DNA of 64,000 bases from Vulcanimicrobiota bacterium (GCA_963695225.1 OY968762.1:416001-480000), one strand, 5' to 3'; positions 43,091 to 54,534 are shown, numbered from the stretch's first letter. Notes: generated by a model from the sequence alone, not told the origin. A program made the numbers and translations.

Positions 43091-43456
43091 TTAGTTCTTG
43101 TTTGCGCGCTTGGCGGCGACGGCGTGGCTGAGGCTCTGAACGGCGACGCGCGCGCGCTCGAGGGCCGCTTGGTTCGCTTTGTTCAGGTCGGCTTCGGCGG
43201 CGTTCGCGGCCATTCTCGCGTGCGTCGCCGCGTCTTCGAGACGCGCGGCAGCCTTCTTCAGATGCTCCTTGGCATCGGCGCGCTGCTCTTCGGCGAGCAT
43301 CTGGACGGACGCCGCAAGCTGGTGCGCCTCCGACGACGCGAGCTCGAGCCCGCCGCGGAGAGCGGCCTTATTCTCTGCGTTGGCCGCTTCGAGCTGTTCG
43401 TGCAGCGCCTGAGCATCGCTGCGTGCCTTGACGATGGCGTCTTTGACTGGGATCAT
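43091..43456 (-). CDS. Ala-rich all-helical hypothetical protein (copy 3)
   Basis: AAAGGAG SD; high identity to 40870-41244. Confidence 0.8.
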   Translation of the reverse strand: MIPVKDAIVKARSDAQALHEQLEAANAENKAALRGGLELASSEAHQLAASVQMLAEEQRADAKEHLKKAAARLEDAATHARMAANAAEADLNKANQAALERARVAVQSLSHAVAAKRANKN

Positions 43457-43530
43457 TGATGTTCTCCTTTGGTAGTGGGGCTCGCACGATCGTATGCGGT
43501 CGGCGAGATGTCGACCAGCTCTCAGTCGCT

Positions 43531-43551
43531 CCTATGAGTCCCAGTCACAGG
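43531..43551. promoter_or_regulatory. Conserved imperfect palindrome (copy 2), between the module and katG
   Basis: Identical to 41317-41337. Confidence 0.65.
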
Positions 43552-43668
43552 TTCTCCGCGTTCTTCACGAGTAGCCGGCTCGGGTGAATCGGCTTTCATG
43601 CTGCCGCGCGCGCTGCCGCCGCAACTCACCTGAGGGGCAAGTCCAATTCAACTGTAGAAAAGTTTTGA

Positions 43669-45954
<2,286 letters not shown>

Positions 45955-45968
45955 ACCGGCGGAAAGGC

Positions 45969-46001
45969 GCTCGGGCGCGGCGGAATCCGCTGCGCCCGAG
46001 C
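45969..46001. terminator. GC-rich hairpin between convergent genes
   Basis: GCTCGGGCGCGGCGGA / TCCGCTGCGCCCGAGC inverted repeat. Confidence 0.5.
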
Positions 46002-46042
46002 CCGGAGCGAAGAACATCCCTTGCGGGTCGACGGCGCCCCGT

Positions 46043-46201
46043 TTAAACCCTGGCGCCGCGTCCCGTCAGCAGGTTGAACACGAAGAGCACCACCATGACC
46101 ACCAGTAAGAGATGAATCAACGTACCGCCCACGTGGAGCGTGAACCCCGCCAACCACAAGACGAAGAGTATGACGATCGCAGTCCAGAGTATGCCGCCCA
46201 T
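46043..46201 (-). CDS. Small membrane protein, lmo0937/DUF5670 family
   Basis: LWTAIVILFVLWLAGF...GGTLIHLLLV; AAGGAG SD. Confidence 0.85.
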   Translation of the reverse strand: MGGILWTAIVILFVLWLAGFTLHVGGTLIHLLLVVMVVLFVFNLLTGRGARV

Positions 46202-46495
46202 GATTCGCTCCTTCCATCCTCCACTATCCACATTCCGCAGTTCGGCCTAAGGCAAACCGAAATCATGAACCCAGGCGACGGCACTGCTCGCTGTCCAGAG
46301 GGTCAGGGCCAATACTGCAGTCGCGAGGCCGGCCGCCGTCTGAGGGGCCGTCCTCGCACGTCAGCGCATTCGCTGCGCTCTACGGTCGTCGTAACCGCCG
46401 GCGTTGAAGCGCGAGGGTGACGCTGGTCCGATAGATCCACTTCTCCAACGTAAGAATAGAGCGCCAACTGTGGTAAGGAGGCTCGCTGCAGTGGG

Positions 46496-49033
46496 CTATA
46501 TCGGACGTTGCCGCTTCGGCATGAACTTTCCGAAGAAAAGCAGCTTGCCGAGTTCGATCAGCGCGAGATAGGCGGCGATCATGGCGACGAGAACCCCGAA
46601 GAAAAGCGGCGGTAACGGTGTGAATCCCAGGATCGAGCTGAGCGGCGTGAACGGCAAGACTGCGCCGACCGCAACGATCGCAAGGGTCGTCGCGACGAGC
46701 GCCTTGCTCGGACGGCTTCGAAAGAACGGCACACGCCGGGTGCGGATGAGGAAGACGACGAGCGACTGCGTCGCAAGCGATTCGACGAACCACCCCGTGC
46801 GGAAGAGTGAGGGCCCCGCATGAAAGATCCACAGCATGACGCCGAACGTCATGAAGTCGAAGATCGATGAAATCGGCCCGAAGAACATCATGAAGCGTTT
46901 GATGAAATTCGTGTCCCACTGCGACGGCCGCTGCAGCATCTCCTCATCGACGTTGTCCGTGGGGATCGCCATTTCACTGATATCGTAGAGCAAATTGTTC
47001 AACAGTATCTGCGAAGGCAGCATGGGCAGGAACGAGAGGAACAGCGAGGCGCCGGCGGCGCTGAACATGTTGCCGAAATTTGAGGAAGTCCCCATCAACA
47101 CGTACTTGATCGTGTTGCCGAAGATGCGCCGGCCCTCGACGACGCCGTTGGCGAGGATGCCAAGATCCTTCTCCATCATCACGATGTCGGCCGCGTCTTT
47201 GGCCACGTCGGTTGCCGAGTCCACCGAGATGCCCACATCCGCGCGGTGAAGCGCGACGGCATCGTTGACGCCGTCGCCCAGAAAGCCGACGGTGCGTCCG
47301 GCCTTGCGCTGCGATTCGATGACCCGCGCCTTTTGTTCCGGGGTCACGCGGGCGAAGATCGAGGTCGCGTCGAGAGCGCGAGTCAACTCTTCGTCCTTCA
47401 TGGCCGCGATTTGGGAACCCGTGAGGACGCCCTGCACCTCCATACCGAGGCGCCGGCAGACGGCGCGAGCGGTCCGGTCGTTGTCGCCGGTGACGATCTT
47501 TACTTCGATGCCGAGCGACCGCAGGCGTTCCAAACTTTTCGCAGCATCGGCCTTCGGCTCGTCGGCAAAGTGCAGGAGGCCCTCGAAGGTCAGGCCTGCC
47601 TCGTCCGAGGGATGGATCTCCTTCAAATCCGTCGCGAGGCGGGTAGCGACCGCAACGATGCGGTCGCCGGAGTCGAAATGGGCGGCAAGCTGCTTGTCGG
47701 TGTCGCCGTCGACCGCGCCGCACCGGCGCAGGATCGCCTCCGGGGCGCCCTTGGCGACAAGAAGGCGGCGGCCGTCCGGGGTGTCGACGAGGGTCGACAT
47801 CATTTGCCGCTCGTAATCGAACGGCGCGATGTCGATGCGCCGGATCGCTTTCGCTTCGGCGAGCACCGCCGGCGGTGCGCCCTCTCGCAGCGCGACGTCG
47901 AGCGCGTTGCCGCTCACGACCCGGTCATCGACGATCACCACCGCACTGCACGCGAGCCCAAGCACCGCAACCCGATCCTGGGGTTTGTCGCCGAGATCGA
48001 AGGCGCCCCGGTAGACGATGCGGCCTTCGGTCAGCGTACCCGTCTTGTCCGTGAAGAGGACCTCTACGTTCCCGAGATCCTCGATGCTGACGAGCCGCTT
48101 GACGATCACGCCGTGCCGGGCGAGTATTCGGGCGCCCATCGAGAGGCTCACGGTCACGATGGCCGGCAGAAGCTGCGGGGTCAAACCGATCGCGATCGCG
48201 AGCGCGAACATGAGCGACTCGAGCCAACCGTGATGCAACACGGCGTTCAGGACGAAAATCGAGACCGCAAGCACCACCGTGACTTGAACGAGCAGGCGTG
48301 AGAACGCGCTCAGGCCCTGTTCGAACGCCGTCACCGGCGGACGCGTAGCGAGCTGCTTTGCAACGCCCCCCATCGCCGCACCTCGTCCCGTCGCCACAAC
48401 TACGCCATGGCCGGCCCCATTCTTGACAATCGTGCCCATGAACGCGCATGCCGCAAGCTCGAGCGAATCCGCACCGGCGGTGACCGCTTTCGCGGTTTTC
48501 TCCGAAGGCACGGATTCACCGGTTAACGAGGATTCGTCGCACTCGAGGTCGTGCGCGTCGATCAGACGTACGTCGGCCGGCACGATGTCGCCGACCGCTA
48601 GCTCCACTACGTCACCGGGAACGAGCTCCGCGACGGGGACATCTCGGATCGCGCCGTCACGCATGACGGTCGCGGTGCGCCGCACGCGTGCCCGCAGGTC
48701 CGCTACCGCGCTTTCCGAGCGGTACTCGTTGACAAAGCTCAGCCCCACACTCAGCGCGATGATGCCGAGAATGATGAATGCGTCGGAACGGTCACCCATC
48801 ACGAGCGACAGTATCGCCGTGGACACGAGCAGCAGCAGGAACGGATTCTTGAACTGCCTCACGAGAATATCGAGAATCGTGTTCCGCTTCTGCGAAACGT
48901 CATTCGGCCCGAATTGCTTCAGCCGTTGCGACGCCTCGCTCGACGACAGCCCCGCCGGCGGCGCATCGAGTCTTTTCAGTACGTCGGCACTCTCAAGTCC
49001 GCAAGCCGTTTGGAGGTCGAGTGTTGCGATCAT
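46496..49033 (-). CDS. mgtA: Magnesium-translocating P-type ATPase
   Basis: TGES, LTPQLLP, DKTGTLT, TGDN, GDGVND, SSNFGNMFS, NNLLYD. Confidence 0.93.
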   Translation of the reverse strand: MIATLDLQTACGLESADVLKRLDAPPAGLSSSEASQRLKQFGPNDVSQKRNTILDILVRQFKNPFLLLLVSTAILSLVMGDRSDAFIILGIIALSVGLSFVNEYRSESAVADLRARVRRTATVMRDGAIRDVPVAELVPGDVVELAVGDIVPADVRLIDAHDLECDESSLTGESVPSEKTAKAVTAGADSLELAACAFMGTIVKNGAGHGVVVATGRGAAMGGVAKQLATRPPVTAFEQGLSAFSRLLVQVTVVLAVSIFVLNAVLHHGWLESLMFALAIAIGLTPQLLPAIVTVSLSMGARILARHGVIVKRLVSIEDLGNVEVLFTDKTGTLTEGRIVYRGAFDLGDKPQDRVAVLGLACSAVVIVDDRVVSGNALDVALREGAPPAVLAEAKAIRRIDIAPFDYERQMMSTLVDTPDGRRLLVAKGAPEAILRRCGAVDGDTDKQLAAHFDSGDRIVAVATRLATDLKEIHPSDEAGLTFEGLLHFADEPKADAAKSLERLRSLGIEVKIVTGDNDRTARAVCRRLGMEVQGVLTGSQIAAMKDEELTRALDATSIFARVTPEQKARVIESQRKAGRTVGFLGDGVNDAVALHRADVGISVDSATDVAKDAADIVMMEKDLGILANGVVEGRRIFGNTIKYVLMGTSSNFGNMFSAAGASLFLSFLPMLPSQILLNNLLYDISEMAIPTDNVDEEMLQRPSQWDTNFIKRFMMFFGPISSIFDFMTFGVMLWIFHAGPSLFRTGWFVESLATQSLVVFLIRTRRVPFFRSRPSKALVATTLAIVAVGAVLPFTPLSSILGFTPLPPLFFGVLVAMIAAYLALIELGKLLFFGKFMPKRQRPI

Positions 49034-49035
49034 CG

Positions 49036-49293
49036 TCAGTACGCGGCTGGCCGAACGGCCTGGCCCGCGACCGTCTCGCTTCTTGCCGCGAAACTAAAGA
49101 GTTGCGCGTACGATGCCGCGACGCTCGACCACCTCACGCGCCGGCCGTACTCATAGGCGCGTAGCGCCGTCGCTTTCCGCAACGGCGGGAGTCTGAGCAA
49201 GCTCGTACCACAGGCTGCGATGGAATCGGGGTCGCTGCGAAGGGCGCGGGCGGTAACGTGGTCGGCAAGCTGTTGAACCTCGAAATCGCACAA
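49036..49293 (-). pseudogene. Possible C-terminal remnant of a family 4 glycosyltransferase
   Basis: DPDSIAA...LL..P.LR...RAYEYGRRVRWSSVAASYAQLF resembles the GT-B C-terminal helix; no intact upstream domain. Confidence 0.45.
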
Positions 49294-49592
49294 AGGCCGG
49301 CGGCGGGTCGCCGCGACGGACGGCCGGCGGCGCAGAGTCAGCGTACCTCATTCCCTCGAAGCCCGGTATCGTGGATTACATGGGTGAAATGGGCTCGATC
49401 ACGCCGCCGTAGAACCCGGCTCGTGCCGACGGGGCGCGAGCCGCATCTGTTGCGGCCTCGTTTCGGGGGGCTTTTCCACTTGTCACAGCGCCCCATTGTG
49501 GGCTCTCGCTCGCGTCCCCTTGTAGACCGTTATTGCGCCTGGTTTGGCACCGTTCGTCCCAGCCGTCTCCACCGTCTAGCCGAAGCAGCATC

Positions 49593-49620
49593 AAAAAAGC
49601 CCGTTGTCACGGGCTTTTTC
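49593..49620 (-). terminator. Terminator downstream of tRNA-Ile (bidirectional type)
   Basis: AAAAAAGCCCG-TTGTCA-CGGGCTTTTT. Confidence 0.8.
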
Positions 49621-49697
49621 TGGTGGGCCATCCTGGTCTCGAACCAGGGACCTCATGCTTATCAAGCATGCGCTCTAACCAACTGAGCTAATGGCCC
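49621..49697 (-). tRNA. tRNA-Ile(GAT)
   Basis: GGGCCATTAGCTCAGTTGGTTAGAGCG CATGC-TTGATAA-GCATG...GTTCGAGA...CCCACCA. Confidence 0.97.
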
Positions 49698-49781
49698 TGA
49701 GCGGCCTTTCGGGTTTGACGTGGGGCGGCGACCTCCTTCGTCGCGGCGGCGTCCGCGGCCGGGCATTTGAGTTCATACTAA

Positions 49782-49807
49782 GTTTGATCGCTCGCTTTGC
49801 CGGGTAT
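49782..49807 (+). promoter_or_regulatory. SigB/SigF-type promoter
   Basis: GTTT-N16-GGGTAT just upstream of the anti-sigma factor gene. Confidence 0.6.
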
Positions 49808-49824
49808 GCCCTCTTCCGAAGACG

Positions 49825-50346
49825 ATGAGGACCTTTAAGGCCCGCTACCGCAGTGAACCGCCGTCAGTCGCCGTCGCTCGCCGAGCGGTGAGCGACTTCG
49901 CACGTGTCTGCGGGTTCGACCGATCGGCCTTGGCCGATATCGAGAGCGCCGTCGGAGAAGCGCTGGCGAACGCCGTCGAACACGGGCACCGCGACGACGG
50001 TTGGTTCCGCGTGTTCTGCGAGTTTGAGGCCGAGACGCTCGTGACGGAGGTGAAAGACCTCGGTTCGGGCTTCGATTTCCATCAACCCATCGCCATGGAC
50101 GCCGCCGAGCTGAGGCCGCGCGGCTTCGGCCGGACGATCATGCGCGCGTGTATGGACGACGTCCATTACGCCGACGGCGGGACGCGCGTGCGGCTCGTCA
50201 AGCGCGCCTGCTCCGCGGAGGGCATCTCTGCGCGCGAGCCCGCAATGGCCTGGAAAGGGCTGCTGCGGCGAGTCTTCCGGAGCTCCGGCGACGGCCTGGA
50301 CATGCGCTCGCGCCGTTTCGCGGGCCGTGCGAAGGCGCGCCTCTAA
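49825..50346 (+). CDS. RsbW/SpoIIAB-like anti-sigma factor (HATPase_c)
   Basis: SVAVARRAV...AVGEALANAVEHG...DLGSGFD...RGFG..IMRACMDDV. Confidence 0.85.
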   Translation: MRTFKARYRSEPPSVAVARRAVSDFARVCGFDRSALADIESAVGEALANAVEHGHRDDGWFRVFCEFEAETLVTEVKDLGSGFDFHQPIAMDAAELRPRGFGRTIMRACMDDVHYADGGTRVRLVKRACSAEGISAREPAMAWKGLLRRVFRSSGDGLDMRSRRFAGRAKARL

Positions 50347-50352
50347 GCCGCT

Positions 50353-50718
50353 CTAGATCAGCGCGATCCACTTCTTGACGGCTTCGTCGTCCTTTTTCGT
50401 TTGCTCGAGCGCAAGATCGCGCATGAGGTTGAACTCACGCAGCAACTCCGCGTGCTCCTTTTGTTCGAAGTCGAACTCCTCGCGCATTCGGTCGAGCTCG
50501 ACCTGGCGGGCGTCGTCGCCCGCCTTTTGCTGGAGGAGGCGGAGTTGCGTGCGGCGCGCGATGGCATCCGCGAGACGCTCCAGGCGGCGCGCCGCGGGGC
50601 TCGCGTCGTCCATCCGGTCGTCGATCGGATCCGCGAGGGCGTCGTTCGGCGGCGGCGTCGTGCGTTCCGCGCGCTGCGGGGGCGTTTCGGGCGGCCGGCG
50701 AGGTGCGGTGACGTGCAT
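50353..50718 (-). CDS. Hypothetical coiled-coil protein
   Basis: Pro-rich N-terminus and charged helix; C-terminus similar to 50721-51101. Confidence 0.65.
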   Translation of the reverse strand: MHVTAPRRPPETPPQRAERTTPPPNDALADPIDDRMDDASPAARRLERLADAIARRTQLRLLQQKAGDDARQVELDRMREEFDFEQKEHAELLREFNLMRDLALEQTKKDDEAVKKWIALI

Positions 50719-50720
50719 GC

Positions 50721-51101
50721 CTAGTCCTTGATCGTTCTGAGGAACTCTTTGACGATCGCGTTATCGGCTTCGCGCTGCTTCATGGCGACGTCGCGCATCA
50801 GGTTCATCTCGCGCATCTGCTCCGAGCGCTCGTCCTGAAACTCGTTGAACATCTGGGACTGCTCCTGCATCTGGAGCTGATGGCGCATGTTCTCCGCGTT
50901 CATCCCGAGTTGGGCCCACTCGTATTGTTGGTCGAGGGCTTGCTGAGCCGCGAGCGTCGGATCTCCGTTTGCACTGATGTTGCCTAGGCCGCTCGGGCCG
51001 CCCCCGAAGAGCGTGCTCCCGACACCGGAGGCGATGATGGCGGGATTCTGCGTCAGGATGCCCGCGCCGACTTGCAGCAGGCCGCCGAGGTTGAGCCCCA
51101 T
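50721..51101 (-). CDS. Hypothetical Gly-rich / Gln-Met-rich coiled-coil protein
   Basis: AAAGGAG SD; Gly-rich hydrophobic N-terminus then a Q/M-rich helix. Confidence 0.75.
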   Translation of the reverse strand: MGLNLGGLLQVGAGILTQNPAIIASGVGSTLFGGGPSGLGNISANGDPTLAAQQALDQQYEWAQLGMNAENMRHQLQMQEQSQMFNEFQDERSEQMREMNLMRDVAMKQREADNAIVKEFLRTIKD

Positions 51102-51170
51102 GGAGTTCTCCTTTTCGTGCGTGGCGGAAGTTGATTGTGGAAGAGCCGTGCGGGCCGATGCGCGCTGCCC

Positions 51171-51830
51171 CTAAGCGGCGTCGGAGACGCCGGCATCGCG
51201 ATCGGCGAAGCCCTGGAGCCCGGCGAGCCCCGCGAGGCGGCGATCGGCGTCGAGCCCGGGGTCGCCGGCCTCGCCGCTCGTAGCGCTCGGAGTTCCCGGC
51301 GGGCGGAAACTCGTCGCGTCGAACGGGCCCTGGGAAGCGGCGGGCGGCGACCAGACCGGGACGGTGCAGCGGGCAGCATAGGCGTCGGCCAGCGCACCCT
51401 GCGCCGCCGGTTGGTTCTCAATCGCCTCGAAGTGTCGCAGCACGGAATCGGCGTAACCGAGCCGGCTTCCGTCGCCCCATGTCGTCACGGTTCCGGGCGC
51501 GGTAGGGGAGCCGCTGTTGTAGGCCGAGAGCGCCTTGTGGACGTCGCCGCCGTAGCGGTCGATCAAGCCGCGCAGCATCCCCGCCGCGTAGTTCGCGTTC
51601 CGGGCGGGATCGGCGGCGGCCGGCGTTCGCGCGAACGCGTGGCAGCGGTCGTCGATTTGAAAGACGCCGTGGCCGTGCCCACCGTCACCCGTGATGTTGC
51701 GTCCCGAATTGGAGCCCGGACCGCCGGTCTCTTGTGCGGCGACGGCGGCCAGCAGGGCCGGGTCGATGCGGTTGGCGCGGGCCGCGCTTGCGATCTCGCT
51801 GCCGAAGCTGATGCCGGATAGGTCGGTCAA
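51171..51830 (-). CDS. Lytic transglycosylase (SLT/goose lysozyme-like)
   Basis: IDPALLAAVAAQET, GHGVFQID, DP..N..YAA..L, ALSAYNSG; GGAGG SD before the TTG start. Confidence 0.85.
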   Translation of the reverse strand: MTDLSGISFGSEIASAARANRIDPALLAAVAAQETGGPGSNSGRNITGDGGHGHGVFQIDDRCHAFARTPAAADPARNANYAAGMLRGLIDRYGGDVHKALSAYNSGSPTAPGTVTTWGDGSRLGYADSVLRHFEAIENQPAAQGALADAYAARCTVPVWSPPAASQGPFDATSFRPPGTPSATSGEAGDPGLDADRRLAGLAGLQGFADRDAGVSDAA

Positions 51831-52132
51831 CGTACGGTCCTCCACTAGGCGGAAGGCGCAAGAGGCGCGCCGGGAGATTCGCCGTTCGAATCGCGACGAT
51901 GGAGCGCGTTAACAACCCCTCGAACGAGGGAAGGAATGAATACCCGGTACCGATTTGCCGCCGGTCGCTCTGCGGCCGGCGTTGCCGCCCGCCTGGCGAC
52001 GAAGGCGCCTGCCGCTTCGATAGCTGCGGCGATCGATCGCGCGCGGCGAGCGGCAACGCCGCCGGCTCTCGGCCCGGATCGCGCGCCGGGTGATCACACG
52101 ATCCCTAACGACTCTTGAACTGGAGTGCAGTT

Positions 52133-52558
52133 ATGGCTGAAGACTTGGTGAACCGCGACAACGGCAACGTGGCCGTCGAAGCCGCTCGACCGAAGGCCGG
52201 CGCGTTGCGCGGCACGATGGCGGACGTGTTTGGCCTCGATCCGTTCGATATCTTCCGCAACTTCTACAGCAACGTGACGCCGGCGCCGACGGGCATCGAA
52301 ATCGCACGCACCGAGAACGGATATTCCGTCGAGATCCCGGTCGCAGGCTTCGCGCCGGATCAGATCGAGGTGATGTACGAGGACGGAGCGATCGTGGTCT
52401 CGGGCAAGACCGAACGCCGCTCGTTCACGCGATCGCTGATGCTCTCCGACGACATCGACCCCGACAACATCATCGCGCGGGTCGACCATGGGCTCTTGAC
52501 CCTCACGCTCAACCGGCAGCCGCAGGCGAAGCCGAAGAAGATCGAGATCCAGCACTAA
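52133..52558 (+). CDS. Small heat shock protein (Hsp20)
   Basis: VEIPVAGF.PDQIEV...SFTRSL.L...I.A....GLLTLT. Confidence 0.9.
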   Translation: MAEDLVNRDNGNVAVEAARPKAGALRGTMADVFGLDPFDIFRNFYSNVTPAPTGIEIARTENGYSVEIPVAGFAPDQIEVMYEDGAIVVSGKTERRSFTRSLMLSDDIDPDNIIARVDHGLLTLTLNRQPQAKPKKIEIQH

Positions 52559-52568
52559 GGCCCGCCGG

Positions 52569-52628
52569 GCCGGAACAGTTCGGAAGGCCGCCCCGAACGG
52601 CGGCCGGCCTTCCGAGACGTTCCGGCCG
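52569..52628. terminator. Long hairpin after hsp20
   Basis: GGCCGGAAC..TCGGAAGGCC / GGCCTTCCGA..GTTCCGGCC nested inverted repeat. Confidence 0.45.
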
Positions 52629-52753
52629 CTAGCGCACCGGCGGTGCCGCGCAGGCGCCGCCGAAGGCCGCCGTCCCTCTGCCCAGCCCGTCCTTCGACGA
52701 GTTCGGGAGGACCCTCGTGGCGGCGCCGCCGCGCCGGAGCGCGAGGGAGCGCG

Positions 52754-52782
52754 TTGACAAGGGGGGGCGGGGCCTCTATGAT
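52754..52782 (+). promoter_or_regulatory. sigma70 promoter of the yceD-rpmF-fab operon
   Basis: TTGACA-N17-TATGAT. Confidence 0.8.
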
Positions 52783-52832
52783 GAGGCGGTTCTTCGGACG
52801 AGGCTCCCGGGCGGGGGTCTCGACTTTTGTGT

Positions 52833-53285
52833 ATGGGGCGTTCGAACACTATCGACGTGGAGCCGGTCCTCTTAGCCGGCCGTGAAATCTCAGTCCGCGA
52901 CGACGTCGCCGTTCCCGCGTTCGAATCGTATGCTTTTCCGAACCCGGCTCACGTCGAGGTTCTGGTGCGGAGGTCCGGCGGGGAGCTCGAGGTCGCGGGG
53001 ACGATCGACGTGAGCTACGCCGGGTCGTGCGACCGCTGCCTAGAGGACGTGCGAAGAGACCTTCACCTCGAAGTAGACGAGCGATTCATGCCGAAGAACG
53101 AACGAGACGGGCCCTTCGCCGAGAACAACGTCCTCGCTGGGAGCCGGCTCGACCTCGCGGACCTCGTCCGGCAGCTGATCGATTCTGCGCTCCCCCTCTC
53201 GCTCGTCTGTTCGGACGAATGTCGGGGGCTGTGCCCGGTCTGCGGCCTCAACCTGAACGGCGGCGCGTGTTCGCACGCGCCCTGA
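52833..53285 (+). CDS. yceD: YceD/DUF177 family protein
   Basis: CDRCLE, LDL..LVRQ, C..ECRGLCPVCG.NLN; upstream of rpmF. Confidence 0.9.
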   Translation: MGRSNTIDVEPVLLAGREISVRDDVAVPAFESYAFPNPAHVEVLVRRSGGELEVAGTIDVSYAGSCDRCLEDVRRDLHLEVDERFMPKNERDGPFAENNVLAGSRLDLADLVRQLIDSALPLSLVCSDECRGLCPVCGLNLNGGACSHAP

Positions 53286-53298
53286 CCTTGGAGAGATC

Positions 53299-53505
53299 AT
53301 GGCAAACCTAAAATGGAAGACCCCGCGTTCGAAAACGCGGAGCCGCAGGGCGGCGAACTGGAAGCTCTCGCCCGTCACGACGGTCGAATGCCCGCAGTGC
53401 CACGCGCCGAAGCGGCCGCACTTCGTGTGCGCGAAGTGCGGCACGTACGACGGCCGGCAGGTCATCACACCGAAGGACGATCACGCTGGTCACGATCACG
53501 CGTAG
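53299..53505 (+). CDS. rpmF: 50S ribosomal protein L32
   Basis: KTPRSKTRSRRA..CPQC..PKRPH.VC.KCGTYDGR. Confidence 0.97.
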   Translation: MANLKWKTPRSKTRSRRAANWKLSPVTTVECPQCHAPKRPHFVCAKCGTYDGRQVITPKDDHAGHDHA

Positions 53506-53520
53506 GGCGGGGAGCGCGGC

Positions 53521-54534
53521 GTGGCGCTGAACGGTCATTCCCAAGGGGTCCGGCAATTCGGCGTTCGCATGGCGGGCGTCGGGCATTTCGTCCCCGAACG
53601 GCGGCTGACGAACTTCGACCTCGAGCAGATGCTCGACACGAGCGACGAGTGGATCGTGACCCGGACGGGGATGCGCGAACGCCGCATCGCAGGCCCCGAG
53701 GTAGCCGTCAGCGACCTCTCGCTCGGCGCCGCGCGCCACGCGCTCGAACGCGCCAAGCTCGCCCCCGGCGATATCGATTGCTTCATCATCGCGACCGTGA
53801 CGCCGGACTTCCTGTTTCCTGCGACCGCTTGCCTCGTTGCGGCCCGGCTCGGCGTGCCCGGGAAGCCCGGCTTCGATATGGAGATCGGGTGCAGCGGTTT
53901 CGTCTACGGCCTCACGGTCGCATCGAGCCTGATCCGCACCGGAGTCTTCAAGCGCGTTCTGCTCGTCGGCGCGGAGAAGCTTTCGAACCTCATCGATTAT
54001 GAAGACCGCACGACCGCGATCCTGTTCGGCGACGGCGCGGGGGCGGTCGTCCTCGAGCGCTCCGAAGAGGATTCGTTCTTGGGGAGTTCGCTCGGCTCGG
54101 ACGGTACGACCCCCGAAGTGCTCTACTTGCCTGCCGGCGGCTCGCGCGAGCGGATCACCGCGGTTGGGCTCGAGGAGCGCCGCGACAAGGTCCGCATGCG
54201 CGGCCGGGAAGTCTTCAAGTTCGCCGTCACCAAGATGGTCGAATCGGCTACCGACGCCCTGGCGCAAACCGGGCTGGTGCCGCGCGACGTGGACTTCTTG
54301 GTTCCCCATCAGGCGAACGGGCGCATCATCGAGGCGGCGGCGAAGTACCTCGAAGTCCCGCTCGAACGCTGCGTGATCAACGTCGACGCCTACGGCAACA
54401 CGTCGGCGGCTTCGATACCGATCGCACTCTCGGAGGCCGTCGAGCGCAATACGTTCGCTCCCGGCGACGTCCTGCTCTTCACCGCTTTCGGCGCGGGCCT
54501 CTCGTGGGGCTCGGTCGCTTGGAAGTGGAGCTAG
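53521..54534 (+). CDS. fabH: Beta-ketoacyl-ACP synthase III
   Basis: DTSDEWI..RTG, GCSGF, FGDGAGA, PHQAN, GNTSAAS, FGAGLSWG. Confidence 0.96.
   Translation: MALNGHSQGVRQFGVRMAGVGHFVPERRLTNFDLEQMLDTSDEWIVTRTGMRERRIAGPEVAVSDLSLGAARHALERAKLAPGDIDCFIIATVTPDFLFPATACLVAARLGVPGKPGFDMEIGCSGFVYGLTVASSLIRTGVFKRVLLVGAEKLSNLIDYEDRTTAILFGDGAGAVVLERSEEDSFLGSSLGSDGTTPEVLYLPAGGSRERITAVGLEERRDKVRMRGREVFKFAVTKMVESATDALAQTGLVPRDVDFLVPHQANGRIIEAAAKYLEVPLERCVINVDAYGNTSAASIPIALSEAVERNTFAPGDVLLFTAFGAGLSWGSVAWKWS

Noticed and set aside
46240..46262. c-di-GMP-I riboswitch-like words GGCCTAA and GGCAAACC
   Set aside because: The motifs are in the wrong order and the P2/P3 architecture is missing
49300..49590. M-box riboswitch or MgtL-like Pro-rich leader for mgtA
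   Set aside because: No M-box consensus seen, and the Pro-rich 66-aa ORF is explicable by GC content; an Rfam scan is needed for certainty
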